Positions 50,559-62,600 of a DNA stretch of 64,000 nucleotides are shown here, piece after piece. The notes beneath the pieces were generated by a model. It was not told the DNA's origin. It ran no database searches and was given only the letters and a program-made list of their open reading frames with translations. The stretch comes from Tubiluchus corallicola. Taxonomy: Eukaryota; Animalia; Priapulida. The stretch spans positions 57,418-121,417 of the forward strand of contig JAQGDQ010000086.1 in assembly GCA_030141605.1 (NCBI GenBank), given 5' to 3'. The translations under genes were made by a program, and so were the position numbers. Numbering within the stretch: the stretch's first letter is position 1; every line of letters begins with the position of its first letter.

Positions 50559-53028
50559 TATAGCCTTCTCCAAAGAAATGGTTTACTCTGCAGGATGTGT
50601 AAAATACATACCATAGTTTCTCTAATTCTTTATGACATAGATATGTGCGGAATTTACGATTTGTTTCTAGATTTTTAGATCTATTCTAGATGGAAAGCTC
50701 AGTGGTCGAGCAGTACAGCATATGGCTGCTGATCTTTGGGTTCTGGGTTCACATTCAATTAATGTGGGAAATTTTAAGCCGTTTACCACTCTAAAACAGG
50801 ACTCTCTAGTTCCCTTCCAAAAAATATTTAGCCTTAAATGAGCACTGGAGAAAGAAAGTGGCCGAAAACGAGCTAACTAACTGTCATAAATAGTCTCCAT
50901 AAATACATGCCACAATCATCTATCCCAATGGTAGACACGTCTGGACATTCTTCTAGAATTCAGTGTTTAAAGTTTTTTTAATGTATTTCCACTGAAGCAA
51001 GTATGTATCTGAGCAAATGACATAAACTCGGCTCATGAGATACTCATATCACGGCAGCTTCTTGTCTGGAGGGTAAGCTATTTTAATTACTTAGATGGTC
51101 CTCTCCTTTTCCACAAGTTTTTCAAATAAGTGATGCAAGGGGATTTAACTTCACTTTACAATTTCTTTCTTACAAGCGCTTTAAAACTTGGTGATTTTTC
51201 CTTTTAGTGACATGACAAAGTTAACATTTACAACGAAACCTTTCTGTCAAAAGATGTAAAAAGCATGAAGTATAGGTTACAAACTTGGAAATCACACTTT
51301 ACAACAATCTTGGCTTTCTTACCTATTTCAACATAGATAAATTTTAAACAAAGGCAATCTCTAGGGAAAAATGTGTTGCTCATGACCAAATTAAACATCT
51401 TAAGATCAAAGACTTTTAGTATAGGTGAAAACATTACCTCCATGACCATCATATACTGCAAAAAATGATGTCTCATCATCGAATTCTGGTATGCAGTTAT
51501 GCGCATCCTGGAACATCAAATAATTAAAATACATATATTTGAAGATGTAAGAAGAAATAACGAAAACTTGGCAGAGTTCATTATAGGAACGATTTGTAGC
51601 AACATTTGTGCCTATGCTGAAAATTTTTGCCCAAAAAACATGCTCACGTGTAACCAAATTCATATTTTGTCAAGAAAAATTTGCGCCCATCCTGAAACGT
51701 GCACCAGTTCTACAAAAGTCTTTATTATTTTGTTGCAGTTTGATTGCACATCTTTTATATTGGCCCTTGTTTTTACTACCTGCTAGCTACCCTGCAACAA
51801 GTACAAGTAATGTACAAATGCTACAAAAAAGTTTTTTTGACTAATTATTCAGATTCACAAAACTATGAAAAATACCTTTTTGGGCTCTTGCTTCTGGTAT
51901 GAAACAGGCGCTGTTTTGTAACAATGTAATGCTTTAGGCTTAAAAAAATGTTACAAAATAACAAAAATTCGGGAACTCATTTAGCGAATGTGTTCATTTT
52001 AATCAAAAGAAATGCTGTAATGTTGACCATTGTGTGGCTCCTCGTGTGGTATACTTTAGGAGAGACATGTGATTTTTATACTATTGTTAAACTCAGGTAA
52101 TAAGTGAATCAGGCCACTCTTAGGTGGGTTTGAAGGCAAAGGAAATTAGCCAAAACTTGAATCCATATAAAATTTACAACAACAATAATAATCTGTGGTC
52201 TAATTTCACTGCATCAAAATTTCTGATCCGATGAGGCCTTAATCATAAGATAACAAAGTTTATACCTACTAATATATGGGTCCATACTAACTACTACAAT
52301 GATATTTTTGAAATTCACAAATTCATACATTACAACATAATTATACTTAACCAAACAGCTGGATTAAAGCATATCTTAGAATTTCATGATAACAAGAATA
52401 ATACGAATATTTTTCAAGTAGTTTTAGATTAGACAACTGGCACAAATCAATCATGCACAGGAGGAACACTTTGTTAGGAAGACTTCAACTAAATTATTTT
52501 GTGACTATATTTATAAAAATAGTATAGTATATGAGAACACACTTCATACATCACTAAACAGTCAGTTAATTGAAAACGATAAAAAAACTTATGCAAATGC
52601 TTGTAAACCAGTTTAGAAATAAGTGCAGAATTATATGATACTGGAACCAAAACTTGTATAGCTGATCTATATTTTAACGAAAACCTACATCACTGTGTGC
52701 AATTTGTCATCTCTCAATCTTTGATCTCAACATAAACTATACACTTTTGCCCTTATTGTTTTACTGTGCTGTAAGTATGTGCATTTCAAAATAGGCCCTA
52801 TTTCATATTTCTATAACTGCATAGCTAGTGTTCTGGTTTGTTTTAATGAAATGAAATAAAATAGTGATTTGAATGCAGGTCACACATTCAGTAATTCGGC
52901 CTTCATACAATACAAACCTCTTGTGTCATGCGCCATCCCTGCATACAACTTGCTCCATATGTAAGGTGCTTTAAAGACTCGTCTACAGATTGTTTCTCTG
53001 TTACCGGCTCTGATAAGTAAGCACCCAT
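41902..53028 (-). CDS. PPM1G: Protein phosphatase 1G (PP2C-gamma), complete 11-exon gene, 2235 nt / 744 aa
   Basis: MGAYLS start, MQGWR..QEDAH, VYDGHGG, acidic insert, [49 protein letters not shown]. Exons 53028-52918, 51507-51438, 49866-49675, 49524-48940, 47506-47302, 46961-46844, 46136-45981, 45390-45312, 44527-44398, 43474-43387, 42402-41902; all GT-AG and phases join. Confidence 0.97.
42490..42660 (+). mobile_element. Helentron/Helitron-type non-autonomous fragment in PPM1G intron 10
   Basis: gtgacctagaccatttgacc and caagttttgtgactctagctgttttagttttgaggttat resemble motifs of widespread invertebrate HINE-like repeats. Confidence 0.4.
43387..43474 (-). CDS. PPM1G: PPM1G coding exon 10
   Basis: (W)[29 protein letters not shown]; tttatag| ... 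|gtaagt. Confidence 0.92.
43733..44164. mobile_element. hAT-superfamily MITE, 432 bp, with 8-bp TSD
   Basis: TSD atatctag at 43725-43732 and 44165-44172; imperfect TIRs tagtgctgatccagat / atccggagcaacaccta; atccg subterminal repeats; second copy at 55227. Confidence 0.9.
44398..44527 (-). CDS. PPM1G: PPM1G coding exon 9
   Basis: (G)[42 protein letters not shown](W). Confidence 0.95.
45312..45390 (-). CDS. PPM1G: PPM1G coding exon 8
   Basis: [26 protein letters not shown](G). Confidence 0.95.
45760..45821. repeat. 20-bp inverted repeat (hairpin) with 22-nt loop, next to a (TA)n tract
   Basis: gttggtgtcaactcataaat ... atttatgagttgacgccaac, 19/20 complementary. Confidence 0.9.
45981..46136 (-). 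CDS. PPM1G: PPM1G coding exon 7
   Basis: [52 protein letters not shown]. Confidence 0.95.
46844..46961 (-). CDS. PPM1G: PPM1G coding exon 6 (acidic insert)
   Basis: [39 protein letters not shown]; ttatag| ... |gtgagt. Confidence 0.9.
47302..47506 (-). CDS. PPM1G: PPM1G coding exon 5 (acidic insert)
   Basis: [33 protein letters not shown]...[20 protein letters not shown]; phases 1 and 2 fit neighbours. Confidence 0.88.
47988..48623. mobile_element. Tc1/mariner(pogo)-type MITE, 636 bp, TA TSD
   Basis: ta|ccgtatatacttatgaacaagtcga ... tcgacttgtacgtaagtatatacgg|ta; internal aagtcgacc subterminal repeats. Confidence 0.9.
48940..49524 (-). CDS. PPM1G: PPM1G coding exon 4 (585 nt insert region)
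   Basis: [25 protein letters not shown]... (conserved LxEEAxMxIEEL..RYG) to AEES; tttttag| ... |gtaata. Confidence 0.92.
49675..49866 (-). CDS. PPM1G: PPM1G coding exon 3
   Basis: (G)[16 protein letters not shown]...AFLGFDATL...[14 protein letters not shown]; ttgcag| ... |gtaagg. Confidence 0.95.
50691..50950 (+). mobile_element. tRNA-derived SINE in PPM1G intron 2
   Basis: A-box-like agctcagtggtcgagca (50696-50712), B-box-like ggttcacattc (50746-50756); flanking direct repeat ttctaga (50684-50690, 50951-50957); does not fold as an intact tRNA. Confidence 0.55.
51438..51507 (-). CDS. PPM1G: PPM1G coding exon 2
   Basis: [23 protein letters not shown](G). Confidence 0.95.
52918..53028 (-). 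CDS. PPM1G: PPM1G coding exon 1
   Basis: [37 protein letters not shown]|gtttgt. Confidence 0.96.
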
Positions 53029-53457
53029 TTTAATAATGCACGTTTACACAAGTTATTTAACCACTTTTTACTTTTTTCATTCAATCAACGAAGCTACCAC
53101 ATGCGCACATTACTTCGCGGCATTGATGACGTAAAGATATAGCTGTACCGCACTGAAAAACAAAACGATTAAACATTAAAATAAAAAAACATATGTTAAT
53201 TTCACTGACGATTAAATTCCCAGAAACATTACCTTAAAACTCTGCAAAATTCCTGCTATAGTCTTTTAGTATACATTTATAATTATTGATATTGTAAAAA
53301 AAATTACGAAGTCTTGGTGCGAGACTATAAAAGCGGATTTACTGAAACGGGAGGAAGTGAAGTGAAAAATACGAAAGTGATGTCTGAAATTTTGAACGTC
53401 AGAACTTCACATATGGCTGCATTAAAGACTGGATTTTTGTACTTCTAATCTCCACAT
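53029..53457. promoter_or_regulatory. Bidirectional promoter / 5'UTRs shared by PPM1G and NRBP
   Basis: 429 bp between divergent ATGs; NRF1-like cacatgcgca (53098-53107), CRE-like tgacgtaa (53127-53134), ETS-like aggaagtg (53352-53359). Confidence 0.8.
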
Positions 53458-53604
53458 ATGGCTGCACCGGAGGCTGCCACAGCTGAAACTGAAGGCAAAA
53501 CTAAAGTTCCGAAAGACACAGCTAGTGCTGATGAATCGGAAGACGACGAATGTGAAATTTTAGAAGAAAGCCCTTGCGGTCGGTGGCTCAAACGTAGAGA
53601 AGAG
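53458..53604 (+). CDS. NRBP1: NRBP coding exon 1
   Basis: MAAPE...ESEDDECEILEESPCGRWLKRREE|gtattc. Confidence 0.93.
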
Positions 53605-56600
53605 GTATTCATTACGTACATTTGTTGGATTAAATATACTAACTTTTAGTTTTGGTATAACAATAAGTTTTATGTGCACTTACACTAATTAATTATATTA
53701 TTTGTAACAATTCTGAGAGGGTAGCTGAGAGATGGATGACTCATAGTTCTTTCGCCTCATTTCACTACTAATCAATAATTACTTTTGCACTTTGTAATAT
53801 TATTGCATGTTGTACAGATTGATAAATCACTTAGTTATGTATTTTGCTAATATAAAAATGGTGATAAAGTAATAAACTTACTTACAGTAATCTAATTAAG
53901 GAAAAATTGAAATTATTTTGCTATTGTAGTTGGCGGGTTAATGATTTGCCAGACAAACTCTGTTCTACAGAGTGCCAATTTTTACGCATGTAGTTGTAAA
54001 TTGTATTACGAAATTTTCTTATATTAGTTGTGGTTATAAGAGATTATTATTACTTGTGATGCTATCTAGCATTTTGCCCATGGATGAGTGTAAAAAAATA
54101 ATAATTTGCCCAATTATTATTATTATTAACATCATTTTATTTCGAATATACTTTATATAAGTAATTCAAAAAAAGTGTTATCAGTCAGGATTATTTACAC
54201 GATTAGTAATAGAACAAGGTGACGTTAGTAAAAAGTTTTAATGAGCCTAGTATTTCTGATAAAATCATTACATTCTAAGCATTTGATTCAGTGTTGAGCT
54301 ATATTAACAATTACCTGTTAGTTTCTTATCAAAGCCTTTTTCCTCACTCATCTACTTGCAAAAATATTATATCCATTTCTAACTGATAACTATTACAGTT
54401 CAATTTGCAACATATGTGTCGTAAATTAAAACCCATTGCTAATTTAACAGTAAAAAGAGCTTGATGTGCCACAATATTAACGATAGTGTTACTACTTTGT
54501 TTACAATTATTATAGTATTTAATAAAACGTTTGACAAACTGTTGACTTGGATGTTGGATATAAGGGTGCACTCGATATGGGAGGCACCATAACTTACGCA
54601 CGTCAATATTTCAGGAAAGATATCGCTAAATCCAAATTGTATGTGTTTCAAAACAATTACTATACATGCCTGATTTAAATAATTGTCTGAAAAATTGTTA
54701 ATTGCTTGGAAAATTGCTCCTTGTTTTACTAATTTTTCTAAATTTTCAAGGTACGAATTTAGATGTTTGTTTCTTTTGATTTTTATATTTTTTTATTAAA
54801 CTGCAATCTTTGAACAACATTCTGAACACAAAATACACAAATATGTTAAAACACATTTTGACTTAAAAGCGTCATCTTATATTCACCAAGTTCGTAATAA
54901 GGCTCATTAAATAATAGGCCAAATTAATCATTGTGTTATTTAGAAATTATTTTTAAATGATGACATGTAGGGACAAAATAAGGTTTGGACCTTGAGATGA
55001 ACCCAAAAGCAAAGGTATATATGCATCATACTATAGTATAGAGTGAAAAATGAATTGCTATATTGCAATTAAAAAAGATGGTATGAGAAATATTCAAATT
55101 TTGAATTGTTGTATATTCTTCTCATTAGTAGTGGGATAGCCCAGGGATGCAATTGAGTAATTTGAGTAATATTACAACTACACGCACATATATACACACA
55201 CACAGATATACATATATAATATATATTAGTGTTGCTTCGGACACACTTTTTTTGCCGGATAGCGAATACCGGATACCATCTAATATTTCTTCAAACTGAC
55301 TTTCGGATTCAGATTATAACCGGAGAGGTTAGCTAAATTCGGATCGAATATGCTGATCAGTTCGGATAATGAAAAATTGGTGAACAAATGGTAAAAATAA
55401 AGTAAATGTTCGCAAACTTTAGACCGTTTTCATTTAATCTATCATCTTAAAGGGCCCAACCCGAAGATGCTTCGCATTACCACATACAAACAAAGAAAGA
55501 TGTGCGTAAAATGATGTGTGCACATTTAGATTACAGTGGACTTTTAAATGAACAAACTTTACGAAGATATAAAAAATATACCAATGATTCTAACTCTCCG
55601 GTGGTTTCGGTAATTGCACATAAAACAGTGCCTCTGCAAGCTATGCATTATACTCCTGGTCCTGTACTTAATGGTCTTTTTCAGTTAATGCCAATTTTTA
55701 CTTGTTAACTGCCAATCAGAATGATTTCCATGTTTTTTAAGAAATCATTAACTGTTGAGTTGCTGTTTGATAACTCACCATGAATTTATGTACACACAAG
55801 AATGGATAACAATACTATGGATATTAATAACAAAAATGGCTACTTTTTACAAACTGGAAAAAGCCAACAAAGTTTGTGGACAATTTGCATTGTCATTTTC
55901 AATAGGCCTAAAAATTGTTTGGTGTTTAGATAAGGAAATAGTACCTGGAAAAACAACTTGAAATTTGATGTTTAGCAAATTAATAGTGAATCTTGGCTTG
56001 TGGTAACACAAACGTGATAATGTACATGTACAAACTTGCATTTCTTTCAAAAGATTGAGAGTCTCCAGATTGTCTCTTGCTTTGTCGTTGCTGTGCTTTT
56101 CACATTTTTATTGTCCATATTCCTGTAAGTAAGACAGCTGCTAATAACTCCAATTTTTTGCCAGAAAACTGTTACAACTCCTCCCGCTTCAAAATAAATA
56201 TGCGTAGAAAATGATTTAGTAGAATTCTATTTTTTGACTTGTCATACATCTGAATTTAACTTTATAACTGTAGGCCCTTTCTAGAGGCCACTGACCTGCG
56301 GGCAGTTTGCATTATAAAATGTGCTAATTTGAATAGTTTTCTCTGTATTGTAAGCGCTGTTTTGCTGCATTCACGATTTAGTCTGGTAAAATACAGCTGT
56401 ACAGCACTAATATGAACAGAGTCACTAAAAATAAGGAAGTTCATTCAGAAAATTTTCACGGCAGACCCCAACAGTCATTGATCCATAAAACAATTATTTT
56501 ATTATGCCTGCATGTAAAGCCGACCAGTTTTCTGTCTGTTTTACTGGGTCAGCTCGTGAATAATTCATCTGTAGCATGACCTGGCAAAGCATTAATTACA

Positions 56601-59600
56601 ACAGAATTGATTCTTGACATCTGTACACTGTAGGTTATATTGCCAATGATGAGCACTTATTTGCATTGAAATGTTGTTTTTATGTAGCAAAAACTGCTGT
56701 TAATTTTGTAAGATTTTTGGTTTAAAATTTTGCTCTCTTATTTGGGTTTTGTTGGATTGTTTTGTTAAGCTAATATAGTACTCTAATTCAAACCAATCAT
56801 TATGAAACCATTGTCCTATAATTAACATGTATTAAACTTACTATCTTCTTATTGATCTGCCCTCTTGATAGAAACTGGTGATGAAATTTGCTTGAAAAAG
56901 ACGTTTGATTGCAAAAGTTATTTTTGAAGTGAACATTGCTTAGAACTTGAAGTTAATTGTTATATAAATGTGTTTCAACTTTTTTAACACAAGTTGATGC
57001 TAGTCATTGTAACTGGACCTCAAGTTCTTGGAAGGTGGAGCTCTAATTATTAAGGTGAACTTTCTGGAATGAGAACCGGCATAGGTGTCACACTTTCAAA
57101 TGCATGTATGTCCGCCCTCAGCAAAACAAAAGTGACGGCTGTATGGATAATGAAACTGTAGAGAAGCATTTTTGCCAACCGGTTACCCATCCTTTTGCCG
57201 GCTAGGTTCGATGTTATTTAACTTCAATTACTAAGCACACAGTGATCAGTCAGCTATTCTGGTGTTTTGCAGTACTAGCATAAAGAATTTTAAAAATGCA
57301 GATTAAAAATCTATTGTCTGCATTTCAAGCATGCTCTCAGTACATTTGAAAAAGAAAGCTGGTAGTTTCTATTGAGTGATGAATTATGAATGATTATGAA
57401 AAGTATAAAACTGTGTAGGTCTGTTGAGTTGAATTTTTATAGAGTCTCAGACTAATTCACATGGGGATTATTAAATTTAATAATATAGTAGCCTAATAGA
57501 TGTGTAGTTTTCAGTACACCGTGATCATCTGTGCTTTACAGAAACATAAAGCTGTTACCAATTTTGTCATGTTTATTATCTTCCGTCCATGATGCACACC
57601 AGATATTTGTAATTCAAATAATTCTAGTTTGTGGTAGCTGAGTAGGGCTGAAAACCAGCCAACGCAAACAGATTTTCGCTTTTTCCTGTTTTACCACGTC
57701 TTTTCATGTACTGATTGTGTGTATTTTCTCTACTTGATCACAAAAATACGACCCTCTAGCTTCCCAAGGACAGCAGTATTTATATTCCTTGTTTGTTATT
57801 CTGCAAATATAGACTGCTCGATTTTCTATAGTACCCACCCAATTCAGATTATAGAGGACATGTGATTACCATTTAAACTGTCTAACAATGTTGTGTAATA
57901 TGAGCCTAATTGTAATAAATAAGTTATGTGTGTGCAGAATTGCTTTTACAGATTAATCGATTATTCACAATATTATTGTTCATTAATGAAGTAATCCTTA
58001 TTGGTAAATCATTGATAAAAGTTTGGAACATACATGATCCTATTAGGCCTAGTATTGGGCACTAAGTATCAGGTACATGTAGTTCTTGTAATCTGTCAGT
58101 ATCAGGCTAAAGTGTAAACTGTTTTTCTTAAGTTCAACACGGCTCCTGGCACATTTGTGGCTCCATATCAAGTTCATTAATTCCTAATCACTGTATTAGA
58201 ATCGAGACCTCTAGAGTGTTTCCTGCACCAATTCCTTTTAGCGTTATGAGTTGTACAGTGACTTAGCTTTAAAGACTGTTGCAACAAATCCTGCTTATTG
58301 TGGCAATAGTTATGAAGTCTAGATACCGACCTCGAGAAGATAAGCTAACATTAATAAATGTCCAATATTCATTATTCAGTGAGCAGGTATGATGTATTGT
58401 TATTCAGTAATTGATGAATTGGCACTGCTTGCTTTTTTTCTGCAGTCTTTTGTGGACATACTCTTAGCACTTGTATTTTTGGGAAAATCACAATTTCTAC
58501 AGAGCTAAGTGTATTTAGACTATGTTTGTACGTATTGTGAAAATTTAAAATACAGCAGTTAAAAAATGTGAATTCATGTAGTGCGATATGTAAATAAGGT
58601 CTTATTTTCCTTAATTGACGATTAGTACATCAGTTAGTTAAAATGCTAGATGAACAATAGTCATTATGATAGGTTATGGCATTAAAGAATTAAGAATTAT
58701 CAGCATCATCAATGCCTGACTTTGGCACTTTGCTTTCTTTTAATAAGTACTGTTTTTTCAGGTGCAACAGCGAGATGTCCCTGGAATCGATGTTGCCTAT
58801 TTGGCTATGGATACAGAAGAAGGGGTGGAGGTTGTATGGAATGAAGTCAAGTTTTCGGAACGCAAGAATTTCAAGGAAGTAGGTCCTTTGCTAATTCGTG
58901 CTCGCATTTCTTGTAGAAGCTAATTATAAGTTAAAAACAATTTTTAACATATCAGTGCTAAACTTTGTGGTATAAATTAAAAGGCAGATATAAAATTATT
59001 CTATTGATGATTGACAAACATCATTGACAAAACAATGGCTATTTGGTCATTAGCCTAATATACTACCATTTATTAATATCTACAGCACTTGACATTATAA
59101 ATTCAAAATTAGGGAAAAATCTGCTACCAATTCACGTGTATACAAATGCAAATCCGCAGCCAATCAAGTTTGTAAATTTTGTGTCACACCTTTATTTGTT
59201 ACGAAAACTCTTACTATGTGTGTGCGAACTCAATGACTATATTTTTTGAGCCATTTTGAAGAATGATGTTATAGACTTTAACGTTACATTTATGACAAAC
59301 ATGTGAATATGATGGACTTTTGATAGATGACATCAGTTATGGGTAGTGATTTATTCATTTTCTGCACGCAGGAAAAGATTAAACATGTATTTGATAATCT
59401 GACACAACTAGAACATCCCAACATAGTCAAGTTCCACAAGTATTGGTGTGACAGGGAAACAGACAATCCTAGGGTATGTATGGCATGACTGATTATTGTC
59501 AATAACTAAAAAATCTACAGTTTTTGCTGTGGTTGGGATGTGTAAGTTTTTATTTATTCTGTAGTCCTACACGTGGTACAATCGTATGTTTTCGTTTCTT

Positions 59601-62600
59601 CATCGTAAGTTTGTTCTGTGTGAATTTTTATTGGGTAGCTCTATGTATGTGTTATCTCATACAGAAGTACCTCATTATAAATTATTGCACTACTTATATT
59701 TATGTATTATATGCATAATTTGTATCACAAATGTGTGAATATGTGTGACATTTTATTTTCTAAATTGAGAAAATCTAATTTCTAAACGAGTTCATTGTTT
59801 TGCTAGATGTACTTTTTACCAAACTTAGAATGTAACAGTAACAGTTAAGTGTCTATCATATTGTTGTCTATCAATTGCTGCATTACTTTGTTCTAATTTT
59901 AAAACATACGAATTCGTTCTCTGATGTGCGATATAACACATGTTAAAGGGAAAACTTGTGACTTTGGAGATCAGTTATGTATTTTTTCAACTGATGTGGC
60001 GATATCGTTCTTTTTTAATTAACTAATTTTCGTATATTTCAGGTTATTTTTATTACTGAGTATATGTCTTCTGGTTCACTGAAGTCTTTTCTACAGAAGA
60101 CAAAGAAGAATAACAAAACCATCAATCCAAAGGCAAGTTTTTTTGCCATTTGTGTGTCTTGTAGGTGGTGAAGAAAAAAGTCTGTTTTAATAGCAAACCT
60201 TTCCCGGCGACCATTTGATTTTTGCAATCTGCACACATGCATATAATAAACTACTATAAACTGAACTCGGGAAAAGAGAGCAAAACAAAAGCTGATGTGC
60301 TTATCAATTCATAAATGCATGCTTTTTTATTCTTTGTTTTTGTTTTAACATGTCATGTTACTCATTTTGTACGACACATGGGTTGCCATTGTGTAGACAT
60401 AGCAGAATCTAAAGACTACGTGAACTTGTGAAAGTTTGTTTAACTAATAACTTACTTCAGCGCTTAGTGTGTCTCATATTCAAATTCTAATAATTATAGA
60501 AATTTAGGCTACTTTTTTTCAAGGTTTTCCTGTATTTATCTGCGTTTTCTTAATCTGGAAAATTTAGGTCATTTAGTGTTGTATTTTAATGAAGTCGGCT
60601 ATTTTGTTGTTTTTTCTGCTCATACAAACCATATCAACTAATGAAATTAGATTATGATGCCAATTTATGTATGTTTGCAATTTTAAAGTCATTGAGTAAA
60701 TCAAATTTTTGATAATCAACAAATATGCGAACATGTGTTTGCTTGAAGTTTTGTTCGAAGTTTGACCTTTGTAATTGAACATTTTTCTGCTTTGCTTCGT
60801 GCCACTAGTGTTGTATTGCTTTTGAAGTGGCACTTTTATGTTCTTATTTTTTTCTAGTCTTGGAAACGTTGGTGCACGCAGATTCTATCAGCATTAAGGT
60901 GAGGAAATAGCTGCCACTAGTCAGCAAAAAGAACTTTATTGCTAGAGTTATGTATTAATTAGAAGTGTCTGTATTTGGTTAAAAATAGTAAATTTATTGT
61001 AGAAAGTCGAGGCATATAAAATTTACATGTTAGTCCTATATGTGAAAAAATTGTTAGTAACTAAAAGGTGAAAAGGTAACAGCTCAGCTATAGCAGCCTG
61101 TGTAATCCTGCCTTTGCTTTTGTTTGTTTTCTAGCTACCTACACTCTTGTGATCCACCTATAATCCATGGGAATCTTTCATGTGATACGATTTTCATCCA
61201 ACACAATGGATTGATTAAAATAGGTTCAGGTAAGTAGAAAATTGAGACAGGTACACCCGAAAAATTGGATGAGTAACAAAGGTTAGCCATAGAGCAAAAG
61301 AGGTATTACGGTGATGAAAAGCATAAAACTGAAAACGTGTGCAGTATGACTCATCATTGTAGTATTCACTCAGTGATGATTCACTGGTTGTACTATCTAA
61401 AATAATTCTTAAATTCTGACTCTTTGCCTTTGTCCCAGTGGCACTTTAGAATTTAATAGATGTAGAAAATTGAATCATTTTTTAAAGTATACATTATATA
61501 AATTAAAAGTCCAAAATATTGCCTTTTCACAGTGACCATAATTTTGTAAAAGCAAGAAAAAATGTGATTTGGTGCAAATATCCCATAATATGCTTACTAT
61601 CAAATTTTTCATTTCAGTTGCCCCAGATGCAATCCACCAGCATGTCAAAACGTGTCGCCACGAGAAGAAAAACATGTATTACATTGCACCGGAGTATGGA
61701 GGTGGGCATTTTTACCATTAACAGTGTGTATAATTTCCACAAAATTTTTAAAGGAACATTTTTCAGCTGTAGTAATCCAAAGACTGCTGAGGTGGCTAAA
61801 GCTATAAGCGAGAGCATAACCCTTCTAAACTCCCAATTTTACCGTATGTGCCAAACAAGGACCAGACCTGACCGATGTGTCTCAGACTGTCACAACAGGT
61901 GAGGCAGTGACTAACTAATGACTACGCCCGAGCCTTTTATTTGCCCCTCTGGGACTAAGCTTTACATAGTTCGTTAGCCAAGTCAGTATTTACGAGTGCT
62001 ATTTCTGGGTTATCAATTATGAGACTGTACATATCAATAGTGTTGCTTTGGCTTCAGACAATCGTACACAGGTGATGTCACTTGCATGAGATGGCTTGAG
62101 TGACTGACATGGCTTCAGGTTAGCGGGCAGTTCTGTTTTTTGCATCTATCAAAGCTTGCTAATGTAAATATTTTCATTTGTTCGAACTAAATGTTTTGGC
62201 ACACTTTTCATAAGATTGCATTCAAATGTGTTTCACAGTCGAAATTATGTAGAATTCGCCTTAAAAAATCGTTGAAAACATCACTTCAACATCACAGAAC
62301 AGCAACTTTGCCTAAAATTCTGCAATGCGTTCGATATCTACTTTGATTTCCTAGGACACTATATGGCAATTTTCCATGCGACCTAACTATTGTTTCCATG
62401 GGATACCTCTATTTTGTGAAGATTGCATCCGTCTTTGTCATTAAATTTTTATATGGAAAATTCATCGTCGTTATTTTCACTAATAATAGGAACTTGACAT
62501 TCATTTAGTATACAAAATCATAGTTATACGAACTATTCTGTTGTTGATTTTGAAATAATCAGCAATTTATGATTATAAAATTTATTTTTAATCGTTTCCA

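Noticed and set aside
50691-50770. Possible tRNA gene
   Set aside because: Acceptor and T stems do not pair; treated as SINE head.
61135-61229. Missing kinase catalytic motifs in NRBP (HGN for HRD, no DFG, no VAIK lysine)
   Set aside because: Normal for the NRBP pseudokinase family; not pseudogenisation.
61311-61419. C/D-box snoRNA-like arrangement (GTGATGA, CTGA, GTGATGA, CTGA) in NRBP intron 6
   Set aside because: No terminal stem, atypical D'-C' spacing and no convincing rRNA guide of 10 nt or more; snoscan would be needed to revive it.
62392-62406. X-box-like gtttccatgggatac in NRBP intron 7
   Set aside because: Imperfect spacing and second half-site; no supporting promoter context.
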